Source: the human T2T-CHM13v2.0 reference genome, Homo sapiens. Taken from it: a DNA stretch of 64,000 nt. This document shows positions 1-22,314 of this stretch, piece after piece; position 1 is the first letter of the stretch; every line of letters starts with the position of its first letter. The DNA lies in NCBI RefSeq assembly GCF_009914755.1, contig NC_060931.1, one strand, 5' to 3'. Position numbers and translations under genes: made by a program. The notes under the pieces are model-generated. The model was not told the origin of the DNA. It worked only from the letters and a program-made list of their open reading frames with translations, and searched no databases.

Positions 1-115
1 GATTGTGAGGCCTCCCCAGCCATGTGGAACTGTAAGTCCATTAAACCTCTTTTTCTTTATACATTACGCAGTCTTGGGTATGTCTTTATCAGTAACGTGA
101 AAACGGACTAATACA
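1..115 (+). mobile_element. THE1-type MaLR LTR, 3' end
   Basis: gattgtgaggcctccccagccatgtggaactgt...cggactaataca matches the THE1 LTR terminus. Confidence 0.9.
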
Positions 116-1688
116 TATCTCATTGTAGCTTTTATTTACATTTATCTGATGATTAGTGATATTGAGCACATTTTCATACACCTGTTGGCCATTTGTATGT
201 CTTCTTTGGAGAAATGTTTATTTAGGTCTTTGTCCGTTAAAAAACGAGGTTATTTTGGATTTTTCTTTGGTTTGGGGAGGTTTTCTGTCTTTGGCTATTG
301 AATCGTTTGAGTTCCTTATATATTTTGGATATGAACCCATAAACAACTGTATGTTATTCAAATATTTTGTCCCAATCCACAGGTTGTCTCTTCCCTCTGT
401 TGTTTCCTTCGCTGTGCAGAAGCTTTTTTAGTTTGATGCAGTCCTATTTGTCTATTTTTGCTTTCGTTGCCTGTGCTTTGAGGGTCATATCCAAAAATCA
501 TTGCCCAGGCCAATGTCATGGAGCTATTTATCTATGTTTTTCTTCAAGTAGTTTTAAAGTTTTAGGTCTCATATTCAAGTCTTTAATTGATTTAATTGAT
601 TTTGAGTTGATTTTCGTATGTATTGTGATATGAGGGTCCAATTTCATTCTGCATGTGAAAATTCCATTTTCTCAACGCCACGTATTGAAAACTGTCCTTT
701 ACTCACTGTGTGTTTTGGGCACCTCTGTTGAAAATTAATTGATTATAAATGTGTAGGTTTATTTCTGGGCTCTCTGTTCTGTTTCATTGGTTATTGCATC
801 TATTTTTATGCCAGTGCCATGCTATTTTGGTTAGTAAAGCTTTGTAATATATTTTGAAATCAGGTAGTATGATGCCTTCAGCTTTTTTTCTCAAGATTGT
901 TTTAGTTTATTTGGGTCTTTTGTAGTTCTATACAAATTTTAGAATTAATTTTTTATTTCTGCAAAATATTTCATTGGAATTTTGATGGGGATTACATGGA
1001 ATATGTAGATCACTTTGGGTAGTATGGACATTTTCACAATATTAATTCTTCCAGTGCATGTACAAAGGATGGCTTTCCATTTATTTGTGCCTTCTTCAAT
1101 TTCTTTCATAAATGTCATACATAGTTTCTGGTGTACAGATCTTTCACTTCCTTGGTTAAATTTATTCCTAAATATTGTATTGTTTTTGATACTATTGTAA
1201 ATAGAAAGTTTAAAATTTCTTTTTCTAGGTAGTTTGTTCTTAGTGTATGGAAACACAACTGATTTTTGCATGTAAATTTTGAATCCTGCAACTTTACTAA
1301 ATTTGCTTATTTGTTCTAACAGGTTTGTGGTGGTGTATCTAGGTTTTCTATATATGAGATTATGTTGTCTGCAAACACATACCATTTTACTTCTTTCTCC
1401 ATGACTCAGATACCTTTTATATATTTTCTTACTTAATTACTCAGGCTAGAACTTACAATACCATGTTGAACAAAAGTGGTAAGGGTGGGAATCCTTGTCT
1501 TGTTACTGATGTTAGAGGGAAAGCCTTCAACTATTCACCATTGAGGATGATATTATCTGTGGGTTCATCATACATGGGCTTTACTATGTCGAGGCACATT
1601 CCTTCTGTACCTAATTTATAGAGAATTTTTTTTTACCATTAAAAAATGTTGTCAAATTTTGTCAATTTTTTTTTTTTGCCAGTATTGA

Positions 1689-1981
<293 letters not shown>

Positions 1982-2555
1982 GTGATCTGATTTTTATTCT
2001 TCACTCTGTTAATGGGCATATCTTAGTACTGATTTATATATGTTGAATCACCCTTGCATGCCAGGGATATATCCCATTTCATTGTGGTGTATGATCTTTT
2101 TGATGTGTTATTGAGTTCAGATGGCTAGTATTTTGTTGAGGATTTTGACTGTAATTTTCTTTTCTTACAGTGTTCTTTCTGGTTTTAGTATCAGGGTAAT
2201 ACTGGCCTTATAAAATGAATTTATAAGTGTACCCTCATCTTCAATTTGTTGAAAGAATTTGAAAAGGGTTGACATTAATTCTATTTTAAATGTTTGGTAG
2301 AATTCACAAGTAAATACATCTGACTCTGTGCTTTTCTTTTTTGGGATATTCTGATGACTGATTCAATCTCCTTATTCATTATTGGTCTGTTTTCTATTTC
2401 TTTATGATTCAGTCTTTGTAGGTTGTATGTTTCTAAGAGTTTATCTGTTTCTTCTAGGTTATCCAATTTGTTGGTATATAATTATTTATAGTAGTCTCTT
2501 ATAATCCTTTGTATTACTGTGGCATAAGTTGTAGTGTCTCTTCTCTCAATTATAA

Positions 2556-2871
<316 letters not shown>

Positions 2872-3835
2872 TCATTTCTAATTGTTAAATTTGTGTTTTC
2901 TCTCTTTTTCCTTGGTAATTCTAATTAAAATTTGCCAGTTTTGTTTATCTTTTTTTTAAAACTTGACTTTTTACTTTTATTAAACTTTTGTTCTTGTAGT
3001 CTCTGTTTCATTTATTGCTGCTTTAATTTTTATTTCCTTCCTTCTGCTGACTTCAGGCTTACTATGTTCTTATTTTTCTAATTCCTTGAGATTTAAATTT
3101 GTGTATTTTAGAGCTTTCTTTTTTTCACATAGGTGTTTATCACTATAAACTCCCCTCTTCGAACTTATTTTGCTACATCCCATAAGTTGGCATGTTGTGT
3201 TTCAATTTTCATTTGTCTGAAAGTATTCTTTGATTTACCCTTTGCTTTCTTCTTTAACCCATTTGTTGTCCTGGAACATGTTGTTTACACATATTTGTGA
3301 AAATTCAAATTTTTCTCTTGACATTGACTTTTAGTTTCATATCAAAAAAGATAGTTGATATAATTTCACTCCTCTTAAATTTGTTAAGATTTGTTTCGTG
3401 CTCAACATACGATCTATACCAGAGATGGTCTGTGTACACTTAATAAAAATGTGTAGTCTGCTGCTATTGTATGAAATGTTCTGTACATGTCTGTTTGGTC
3501 CACTTGGTATGTAGTGTATTCAAATCTGTTGTTTCCCTACAGAATTTTCAGTCTGGATGGTCTATTCATTGTTTACAGTTCCCTACTATTATTGTATTGT
3601 TGTCTCTTTCTTTCTTCAGTTCTATTAATATTTGCTTTATATATTTTTGTGTTCCAGTGTTGAGTACATATATATTTAAAATTAGTATAACCTCTTGATG
3701 GATTAATCCTTTTATTATTACACAATGAGCTTCATTAGCTCTTATAACACTTTTTGATTTAAAGTCTATTTTGTCTGATATAAAACAGCCAAACCTGCTC
3801 TCTTTTGGTTATGATTTGTGTAGAATAACCCTTTC

Positions 3836-4176
3836 TATATATATATATATATATATAATATTATATAAATATAAATATATACATATATAAATATATAATA
3901 TAAATATATATATTTATATATGTATATATTTATTTATATATATTTTATATATTATATATTTAATATATATATAATATATAATATATATTTAATATATATA
4001 AACAATATATAAAATATATATTATCTATTATATATTTATATAATAATATATAATACATAATATATATTTATATATAAATATATAAAAATATATAATATAT
4101 ATAAAAATATATAAAAATATATAATATATATTTATATATAAATATATAAAAATATATAATATGTATATAAAATATA
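3836..4176. repeat. (TA)n-rich low-complexity tract
   Basis: ~340 bp almost entirely A/T. Confidence 0.95.
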
Positions 4177-5616
4177 GGTTTGCTTGATGGTGTCTCATAA
4201 ATCTCATAGGCTTTCCCCATTCCTTTTTATTCTTTTTTTCTTTTGTCATCTCTGACTGGATAATTTCAAATGATCTGGCTTTGAATTCATAGATTCTTTC
4301 TTCTACTTGGTGGAATCTGCTGCTGAAGCTCTCTATTGCATTTTTCATTTCTCCTATTGTATTCTTCCCCTCTAGATTTTGTGTTTGGTTCTCTTTAATA
4401 ATTTCTATCTCTTTGTTGAACTTCTTATTTTGTTTATGTATTGATTTCCTGATTTCATTGAGTTGTTAATCTGTGTTCTTTTGTAGCTCACTGAGCCCTT
4501 TAAAACAATTATTTTAAATTCTTTGTCAGACAGTTTTGAGATATCCATTTCTATAGGGTCAGTTAATGGAATATTATTGAGTTTCTTTGGTGATGTTTTT
4601 GTTCACTGATTTTTCATGTTTCTTGAAGTCTTGCATTGGTGTATTCACATGTGAAGAAGCAGTGACCTCATCCAGTCTTTACTGACTGGCTTTAGAAGAG
4701 AAAGACCTTCACCAGTCAGCCCAACTAGTAATTCGGTGTCTCTCAGACATTTTCATTGATACACTCTAGTCCTCTTATTCTGTCTTGAGGAGAAGGTCTT
4801 AGGATTGTATGCCTTCTTTCAATTATGCAAAGGCAGCTGGGTGCTGAGAGTGTCCTGTTCATTTTTCCCAGGGCAGTTCTTTAAAATATGCAAGGTTAAA
4901 TGCCTTTCCCAATCTAGCAGGGCTGAGACAGCTGTCTATCTGTGCTTGTGCATGACCTGCAGATGCTTGAGTGTGCTATCAGTGGGAATGCACTCAGGGT
5001 ATCAGCTGTGGGAGGAGAAGGGCACACGAAATACTGGGTGAGTGCATGAATTAGTTGGGGAAATCGCCAGGTGCTATGTCCTAACTACGTTCATGGGCAG
5101 GCCTCTTGCTGGAGAAGAATGTGAGGTAGTTAGTAGAAACAACAGCCTTTTGTTGAGTTCTGTGTCCCGGATGGTTTGAGCCCCTGTCTCTTATTGTTGC
5201 TTTTATCTGGTCCCAGACTATTCAGCTGTGCCAATCTGCTTCGTGTTCTGGATAAGACAAAAAAGAAGTGGACCTCTTGGACAGCATCCCACATGGTTGG
5301 GGAAAACAGGCACTCACTATGCTTTCACTTTCCCCTGTGGCAGAAACTGCAGGCCAAGGAGTTCTCTTGGCACTGAGCTGTGCTGCTTTGGGGGTGTGGT
5401 GACATGAGTAAAGTGAAATTGTTCTTCTTACCCTTTTCAGTGCATCTATTTTCAGATTTTTTGCTCCAGTGAGGTGCTGGGACCTCTCTGCTGGACTCCC
5501 AGGCTCTCACAAATGGACTCTCATCTGTGGGGGGTTCTCAAAATCAGTGTTCCTGTGGGTGAATGAGTGCTGAAAACTCCTATTCTGCCATCATGCTTGT
5601 GTCACTCCCCCTCACC

Positions 5617-8600
5617 TTTTTTTTTAAAGACTTATTACTTTAGAGCAGTTTTAAGTTCACAGCAAAATTGAGTGAAAGGTACAAAGATTTTCCATTTATC
5701 CCCTGCCCTCACACATGCACAGACTTTCCCATTATCAACATCCCTAACAGAGTGACATATTTCTTATACTTGATGAACTTACATGGACACATCGTTATCA
5801 CCCAAAGTCCATAGCGTATATGAGGCTCCATTCTTTATGTTGTATAATCTATGGTTTTGGATATTTGCCCTAAAAATCCTCTGTGCCTTCCCTATTCATT
5901 ATTATCTTCCCTTTAACTCCTGGCAACTACTGATCTTTTTATGGTTTCCATAGTTTTGCCTTTTTTAGAATGTCATATAATTGGAATAATACATTATAGT
6001 CTTTCCAGCTTTGCTTCTTTCATTTACTAGAGTAATATGCACTTGAGGTTTCTTCATATCTTTTTATGGCTTGCTAACTCATTCTTTTTAGTACTGAATA
6101 ATATTCCATTGCCTAGATGTACCACAGTTTATTCGCTCACCTATTGAAGAAGATCTTGGCTGCTTCCATGTCTTTCCAACTATGAATGAAGCTGCTATAA
6201 ACCCCCATATGCAGGTTTTTGGGTGGACATAAGTTTACACTTCCTTTGGTTAAATTCCAAGGAACAAGATTCCTGAATCATATGGCAAGAGTATGTTTAG
6301 TTTTGTAAAAAACTACGTAACTGTCTTCCAAAGTGGTTGTACCATTTTACATTCCTACCAGCAATGAATGAAAATTTCTTTGCTTCACATTCTTGATGTT
6401 GTCAATATTCTGGATTGGAGTTGTTCTTATAGGTTAGTGGTATCTCATTATTTTAATTTGCATTTCCATGATGACATATGATGTGAACATCTTTTCATAT
6501 CCTTATTTTCCATCTGTATATTTGCTTTTGGGAGGTATCTTTTAAGGTATTTGTCTCTTTTTTTAATTGGGTTGTTTGTTTTCTTATTGTTGCATTTAAG
6601 AATTATTTGTATGCTTTGGATAATAGCCCTTTATTAAATAAGTCCTTTGCAAATATTTTCTTCCAGTCTGTGACTTCTTTCATTCTTTTGACAGTGCCTT
6701 TCACAGAGTATAAATTTTAATTTTAATGAAGTTCAGCTTATCACTTCTTTCTTTTATGGATTGTGCCTTTGATATTGTATGTAAAAAGTCACTGCTAAAC
6801 CCAAGGTCATCTAGATTTTCTCATATGTTATCTCCTAGGAATTTTATAGCTTTGTCTTTCACATTTAGGCCTGTGATCCATTTGGAGTTAGTTTTTGTGA
6901 ATGGTACAAAGTCTGTGACTAGATTCTTTTTTGTTGTTGTTTTTGCATGTAGGTGTCCTGTTCTTCTAGCACCACTTGCTGAAAGACTATTTTTTTCCTC
7001 CATGTTATTGTTTGTGCTCCTTTTTAAAAGAAAAGTTGACTATATTTATGTGTGTCTATTTATGAGCTCCCTATTCTGTTCTACGAATCTATTTGTCTAT
7101 TTTTTTATTAATACCACACAATCTTGATTACTGTAGTGAGGTACTGCCAGTCCTCTTTTTCTCAATTCATAATGTGATGGCCACTATGAGTCTTTTGCTT
7201 CTTCATAATAAATTGTAAAACCAGTTTGTCAATATCACAACATAATTTGCTGTGATTTTGATTGGAATTGCATTGACATTATAGATAAAGTTGGGAAGAA
7301 CTGACATCTTGACAGTATTTAATCTTTATATCTATGAACATGGAATGGCTCTCCACTTATTTAGCTATTATTTGATTTCTTTCATTAGAGTTTTGTAGTT
7401 TTCCTCACAGTGATCCTGTACACACTTCACTATATGTATTCCTAAGTATATTATTTTGGGGGGTAACAATGAAAGTGGCATGTGTTTTTAAATCCAGTTT
7501 CCACTTGTTTTTTGCTGGCATATAGGAAAGTGATTGATTTTTGTATATTAATCTTGTATCTTGCAACCTTGCTATAATCATTTATTAGCTCCAAGAGTTG
7601 TTTTTGTCAGTTATTTCATATTTTCTTCACAGACTATCATGTCATCTGTGAATAAAGACAGTTTCATTTCTTTCTTACCAATCAGTGTACATTTTATTTC
7701 CTTTTTATGTCTTATTACATTAGGTAGGACTTGTAGTATGATGTTGAAAAGCAGTGGTGGGAAGGGGTATCCTTGCCTTGTTCCTGATCTTAGTGGGAAA
7801 GCCTCATGTGTCTCACCAGTAAGTATGATGTTAGATGTAGGTGTTTTGTAGGTAGTATTTATCACATTGAGGAAATTACTTTTTATTTCTAGTTTACTGA
7901 GAGTTTTTATCACGAATAGGTACTGGATTTTGTCAAATGCTTTCTCTGCATCTACTGATATAAACTTGTAATTTTCTTTTTTTTTTAACATTTAGAATGT
8001 AGTTTATTTAAACACTGTAAATAGAGCCTATAGTAAAAATATTTTATTTAATAATAATAAACTAATTATGGATTTTATTGCTGTCTATGAAACTAGAAAT
8101 AATAGTTATTGTAATCCTCCCTCCCCCACCCAAAAACCCCACATACTTTTCTCTCAAAAATGTCATGTTGTGAGGCTGAGGATCTGGTGGATGTTGAGAA
8201 ACTAGAAATGCTTTGACCACACTGGGTCTCCTAATAGCTGGCCATGTACAGGAATAGGTCTTCATCTATAGGTGAAAGGTAATTCAATCTCCTGGTTTGA
8301 TTTATTTTGGTTTATCATTATTGTTTTATAATTTAAACTTTTATTTTAGGTTCAGGAGGTACATGTGCCGGTTTGTTACATGGGTATATTTCATGAAGCT
8401 AATGTTTGGGGTATGAATGAGTCTATCACTCAGGTAGCGAGCCTAGTACCCAATAGGTAGATTTTCAGCCCTGTTCCCCTCCAGTAGTCCCCAGTATCTA
8501 CCCAATGTGTGGCTCCTACTTATAATTGAGAACATGTGGTATTTGGTTTTCTGTTTCTGCATTAATTCACTTAGGATGATGGCCTCCAGCTGCATCCATG

Positions 8601-9590
8601 TGGCTACAAAGGACATAATTTCATTCTTTAATGCAGCATAGTATTCCATGATGTGTATATATATCACATTTTCTTTATCCAATCCACCACTGACAGGCAC
8701 CTAGGTTGATTCCATGTCTTTGCTATTGTGAATAGTGCTGTGATGAACATACGGATGCAGATGTCTTTTTGGTAGAAGGATTTATTTTCCTTTAGGTATA
8801 CACCCAGTAATGGGATTGCTGGGTTGAATGGTAGTTCATTTTAAGTTATTTGAGAAATCTCCAAAGTGCTTTCCACAGTGGCTGAAGCAATTTACCTTCC
8901 CACCAATAAAAATTAGCTTTTCTCTGCAACCTTGCCAACATCTGTTATATTTTAACTTTTGCTTCTTTAGAAAGTGATGTGATGGATTACATTAGTTGAT
9001 TTTTCAAATACTGAGCCAGCCTTGTGTAACTTGGATAAATTCCACTTGATTGTGGTACATAATTATTTTTACACATTGGTGGATGACACTGGCTAATTCT
9101 TTAGAGAATTTCTGCATCTATATTTATGTAAGTTATGAGTTGGTCATTTTTTTCTTGTAATATCTTTTTTTGTTTTGATAGTAGGGTGATGCTGGCCTCA
9201 TAGAATGAGTTAGGAAGTATTCCCTCTGCTTCAGCCTTCTGAAAGAGATTGCAGAGAATTGTTATAATTTTTACCTTAAATATTGGTAGAACTAACCAGT
9301 AAACAAACCCATCTCAGTCTTGTCCATTTCCTCTATGCTGTTATTTTCACAAATTACACCTTTATATTTTATGTGCCCAATTAACACAGATTTATAATTC
9401 TTGCTTTATGAGTTGTCTTTTTGGTCAGACAGAAAAAAGAGTTACGAACAAAACATCCATTTATATTGACTTTAGTTTTGCTCGATATAAAATTTTGGTT
9501 CACAGTGTTTTATCTCCTTTCAGCATGTTGAATATGTCATCCTAACAGCTTTTGACCTTCTTGGTTTCTGATGAGAAATTAGCTGTTAGA
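5617..9590 (-). mobile_element. Old L1 (L1MA/MB/MC-type) 3'UTR plus ORF2, interrupted at ~7977-8960
   Basis: 3' end tttagagcagttttaagttcacagcaaaattgag. ORF 7611-7991 carries RT motifs (DAEKAFDKIQ, GTRQGYP, LFTDDMIV). Confidence 0.88.
8330..8960 (-). mobile_element. 5'-truncated L1PA/L1PB 3' end nested in older L1
   Basis: aacttttattttaggttcaggaggtacatgtg terminus; ORF2 C-terminus MSFVATWMQLEAIILSEL. Confidence 0.88.
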
Positions 9591-9995
9591 CCCAAGCCTG
9601 TGTTCCTCAGATGAGGTAATGGAGAGAACAGTGGATATCTCTAGGATAGAGGGCCTCCGAGTCCCCCAAAACCACAGACATGGGTAGTAAAGGAAAGAAA
9701 AGGGCACTTATTATGTGAGAAAGGAAAGATGTAGGCCATTCTATTTTAAGCTGGCTGTAGACTCCCCATTGGTTGTAGCTTGGCAGAATTACTATGGTTC
9801 AAAAGGTAGCATGTAAGTTAATCATCTGTTGAATTTCTTCTTCAGTCTTTCAGGTTCTGTGGTTATCAGAAATTTTCTTCTCAACTTTTATCTTTGGTTT
9901 CCAGTGTTAAATTTTGTCCCTCTATTTGTACATCTTCACGATTATTTTAATGGAAACACAGGAAAGAAAAATAATACATAATAAGAATATCATGA

Positions 9996-10597
<602 letters not shown>

Positions 10598-11571
10598 TGC
10601 TTATGTCTTCTTGAATGGCTTTTACACCACAAATACATGATAAAGTAAGGAAAAGCGTAGAGAAAGTTACTACTGATGGAAAAATAGAAGATGGTTCCTG
10701 AGAATAGTTGTCCCTCTTTGCTTCATGGAGTGGCAGACAAGAACGGGCTTGTCAGGAAGAGCCAGGTTCTAATCCCTTTGGGTATATACATCTCTGTGGT
10801 TCTGCTAAAATATATTTGGAAACTAATCAAGTTGTGTTGTGAGGGTCTCTCATATTTCACATCAGTTTTTACACTAAAGGTTTCTGTCCTGACAAGTGAG
10901 TATAAACTGATTCTCAGGTCTTTCAATATGGTGACAGGTGTTAATATGTAGTTACACTTGAAAATGGCTCAATGCTAAGACACTTTCATACAAATTCTGA
11001 AGCCTCCAAGCTTGCTGAGAGAAGGCAGGGGCAGTGGTTTTGCCAAAGTGATTCAACTGAAGACATTTTTGCTTTTATTTTTAATTTTTTTTTATTTCCT
11101 CCAGTAAAGGAGTTCAAAGCATATTTTATTCTGAAAGTCAAGCAAAGAAAATTCCCTCCAATGACATGGATATTTGATCTTATCCTTCTCAGGCAAGATA
11201 AACTATTCTTTGGTGGGGGCTGATACTAAAACTCTTGCCAACATTCTATTTGGGTTTAATAGGATAGATTACCTTAAAGCTTCCTAGAGTCAAAATAAGC
11301 AACTAGCAGAGATTGCTGAAGACAGACCTATAAAGTCTCCCAGAAATCATAGAGAAAACTCAAGTTAAGGAGCAAAACCACATAAGTTCAACTTGATTTC
11401 AACTCTCACATTTCCTGGAAATCGTGCATGAAAACCCAGGTTTGGCAATAAATCTGTTAAATAATTGAGCTGAGGTCAAGATGAACAATGTGTGTGGTGG
11501 GGCAGAGGGGGTCGTGGCTGAGAGTGCAAGTGACCACATTGCTTGGGTGTGCACATTGTTAAAGGGCCTTA

Positions 11572-12806
<1,235 letters not shown>

Positions 12807-13566
12807 TGACACTAACCAGTTTACCCTCTCAGGGACGGCTTTGATTTTATTCCCGCCTTCCAGCCTGCCATTGGCATGAAACTCACTCACGTGCCCAGCT
12901 CCTCTACAGCCAGGCTGATGCTGGGTCTAAATGATACCAGAGAGCGTGAAGGAAACTGAGCAATTTTCTTGAACACTGGATGAGTCTAAGGTTTGAACAG
13001 TGGCAAATACCCAAGACAGGCTGCAGTTTCCTCTCTGGTCAGGAGGTAGAGAGGGAAGGAAGAAGTGGATAAGAGAGGTTTGAATGCAGACTTCTCTGGG
13101 TGGGTGCCTTATTCTCTAGTTTATAGAAGGGCAGACAGACTTGTGGCTTGCTTTTCTGCAGCAAAAGCCATACAGCCCAGATATCTCTAGTTGCCTATCT
13201 GATATTACCAGCGTGCCCTTAAAGGCATGACTGAAACCAAATGCAATATCCTCCACCTCTCCTGAAACCAGAAGCCTGGAAGCCTGCCAGTAGCACCAAG
13301 TAGCCTGGATGTTATACCTGAGTCACTGCCTCCTTCAAGACAGGAGAATCACCAGGGCCCACGGGATCTCCTTCCTCAATTTCTCTTGGGTCCGCCCTGT
13401 TCTCTATAACTCACCCTCACTTTCTGAGTTTAGGCCACCCACATTTTCCCCCTGGATCAATGCAAAATCCTCATAACTAGTCTCAGGCAAGTGTGCCAAG
13501 CCTTTGGACCTTGGCACACACTGATCCCTCTGTCTGGAATACACTGTCCCCACACTTCCTGATTAA

Positions 13567-14179
<613 letters not shown>

Positions 14180-14256
14180 CCTGATTAACTTCTTTTCCTG
14201 GAAGCTTTCCTGCCTCTCCAAGAATCCTCATACAAAAAGTACAGATGGGATCTGTC

Positions 14257-14708
14257 TGTGAAGGCGAATTTTATGCATCAACTTGACCACACCACAGGAT
14301 GCCCAGATTAAACATGTTTTCTGGATATGAGGGTACTGCCAGATGACACCAGCATTTCAATTGGTGGACTGAGTAGGGCAGATTACCCTTCCTAATGTGA
14401 GTGGGCATCATTCAATTCACTGAGAGTCTGAACAGAACCTAAAGGTGGAAGAGGAGGAATTTGCCCTTTTTCTTCCTGCCTGCTGAGCTGGGATGTCTCA
14501 TCTCATCTTCCCCTGCCCTTGGACTGAGATTTACACCATCAGCTCTCCTGGTTCTCAGCCCTTCAGACTCAGAATGGAATTGATACCACGGGCTTTCCTG
14601 GATCTCCAGCTTGCAGGGAGCAGATCACAGGATTTCTCAGCTTCCTAAATTGCGTGAGCCAATTTCTCATGATCACTCTCCTTTCTCTGGAGAACCCTGA
14701 CTACTATA
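14257..14708 (+). mobile_element. MLT2-type (ERVL) solo LTR
   Basis: Starts tgtgaaggcgaattttatgcatcaacttgac, ends gagaaccctgactactata. Confidence 0.85.
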
Positions 14709-14797
14709 GCATCAATTTCAGGAATAGAGTTACATTCAGAGAGGGAGAGGAAGTGAGAAAGCTAGACTAAGCTGGGGCATTAGCAGCTTCTCTAAGG

Positions 14798-15445
<648 letters not shown>

Positions 15446-15898
15446 CAGAAAGAGATAGAGATGAAAATTCAGAAGGAGAGAATGAGAGAGAGATCTCTGT
15501 TAAATGTGGGTGATAAGAATGCTGCTGTTATTTTATGTGTTTGAAATATTTCATAATTAAAAATAAAACTTTTAAAATGAGCAATGCTCCCTCTCTTTTA
15601 TTGCTCTAATCTTGTGTGATGAATCCTTCCATAGGACTTCTGAACCTGGGCTGTTACTTTAGGTTTTCTTGAGTGTTCTTTCTACGAAAATGTAAACTGC
15701 CTGTGGGTTGTTTGTATCCCTCCCACATCCTATCAGTGCCTGGCAGATGCTTGCTGGTGACTCGAATGAATCTCTAAGGTGTCTGCTGTGTGGTGAAGGC
15801 TGGGGCTACTGGGTGTTGTTGGCAGTCAGCAGATGTGTGTGGAAACCTGCAGAGAGGAGAGAGGAGGAAGTTCTGTAGGGAATTTGGCAGAATCCATC

Positions 15899-16255
15899 TG
15901 GATTAGTCCATTTTCACACTAGTGATAGAGACATACCCGAGACTGGGTAATTTATAAAGAAAAAGAGGTTTAATGGAATCATAGTTCCACGTGGCTGGGG
16001 AGGCCTCACAATCATGGTGGAAGGTGAAAGGCACGTCTCATATGGCGGCAGACAAGAGAGAATGAGAACCAAGCAAAAAGGGAAACCCTTTATAAATCCA
16101 TCAGATCTTGTGAGACTTATTCACTACTATGAGAACAGTATGGGGGAAACCTATGATTCAGTTATCTCCCACTCGGTCCCTCCTACAACACAAAGGAATT
16201 ATGGGAGCTGCAATTCAAGGTGAGATTTGGCTGGGGACACAGTTAAACCCTATCA
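15899..16255 (-). mobile_element. THE1 (MaLR) solo LTR
   Basis: TG...CA termini, THE1 consensus, 5-bp TSD ccatc/ccgtc. Confidence 0.92.
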
Positions 16256-17002
16256 CCGTCTATTCCAGCCCAGGGGGGTGATGGGTTGAGACTGTGAAGA
16301 CCTTGGATCCAGCCAGGGGGACTGATGCTGTGGTTCTCAGGGAAGGTGACTGGCTTGTCTCTTGGCCAGAGGAGAGCCCAACTCCATAGCACCAGATGCT
16401 GGCTGAAAAGTGCCCTCTGGGACTAGATGAAGAGGCTGTAGATCACCTCCCGTCCCAGCTTATCAGAGAGGATAAAGAATTCCTGGACAGGCCAGAGAAA
16501 CTAACACAAAAACAAATAAACACATAAACACAGAGCATCCCTGATTTTGCCAAAGGCATGAGAACCAGGGGAAGGAGGATGGGAGGTGGAGGAAATTTTA
16601 TATTTTAAAAATAAAATATAAAATATACTTTGATATTTATAAAGCACCTGTCCCAGAGAGGAGAGATGGGAAAGCACGAGAATTCTGCACCCCCAGACAA
16701 TTTGTATATCTGAGCCATGGGATGTCATTTGGTTTGTTCAATTATTTCTTTAGCAAATATTTTCTGAGCACTGTGCTCGGAACAGTGTTAGATGCTGGGA
16801 ATAAAGTGATGTGCAAAATAAGCTGTCGTGTGGCTAAGGAAGATTATTTCAGCCACGGAGCTGAGGCCATTTGTCCATCCAAGGTCACAGATGAAATGGA
16901 GTCTGTGCACAACCTCTCTCCGCCCCACACAGCATGACCCCATGTCCTCCCTTATGTGACAGCACGGTAGACACCTCCAGTGCCCCCTAATCCTCACATT
17001 CT

Positions 17003-19350
<2,348 letters not shown>

Positions 19351-19842
19351 CAACGGTGATATTTTTTAAAAGCTCCCCAGGCAACTGTCATGTGTAAGCA
19401 TGGTTGAGGACCACTGCCTGGGAGAGGTCTTTGAAGCTCAGCTAACTTCGAGCTACCCTGAGAGCAGAGAAGAAAGATGGGGAAAAAGTGAGAAGCCGAG
19501 GTCCCAAGAGCCAAAGTGGGGCTATGAACCCCAGAGAATCTGAGACAGCATGTCATCTTAATATGGCTCCGGAGATTCCTGGTGGTTGGTACCTGCGTCT
19601 TTCTTCTTGGTCTTAGGAAACTCAGAAATGAGAGCAGGGTTCTTGCCTGGTGCAGGCAGCCAGGTCCGAGCACAGCTGCAGGACAGATTACCAAAGACCA
19701 CTGAAACCAAAGGAGCCCTCTGGCCACACACTGAGCTATGCGGGATGTGGAGCATCGCCCCAGGTGCAGAGAACCAGGAGCTACAGGTGTGTACCTGGGA
19801 GGCTAGAACATAGCTGTTTCCTGTGCTCAGGGCATGGCCTCA

Positions 19843-21790
<1,948 letters not shown>

Positions 21791-22308
21791 ATTTTGGGCA
21801 TGATCTCAGCTAGTGCCCTTAATCAAGTCACTTAACTTTGTCATACCCTGCGTTTCCTTATTTAAGGAAATAGGTGTCTTTTTCTATTTCCAAGAAGCTC
21901 AGATAGCATTAAAAATTCCAAAAGCTTAAGTAAAAGCTATGCAATGCCTTAACGTAATGTTGAGAAGAATCTGGCAAACAGAATCCCAAAAGGATGACAC
22001 CATTAGCTTGGGTGTCTACAAAGTTTTAAAAATTATAATGTCTGCTCCCTAGCCAGAAGACACTTCATAATTCTCACCATATGTTCCACAGTCCACTTAC
22101 TTGCCCTAACGCCAGTCATCTCTCTTTAGCATCCCAGCAGACAGTGAGATCCCAAGGCTGCTTTCTCACCTGTGGCTTCTTGGTGATGCCAGGCTGTCAT
22201 TGAACAGAACTGGTTGCCCTTTGGGGTCCCAGGAATGAGTCTCCTGACCCATTTGTAAATCAAACCACACATAATGAATGGAATCTCTTGTCAAAAGAAA
22301 AAAAAACT

Positions 22309-22314
22309 TTTATT
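22309..22314 (-). terminator. CALN1: Distal polyadenylation signal AATAAA of CALN1; cleavage near CA at ~22290
   Basis: Minus strand reads AATAAA, a U-rich run, CA about 19 nt later, then a GU-rich element TATGTGTGGTTTG (~22273-22261). Several UGUA motifs lie upstream (22350-22505). Confidence 0.85.
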
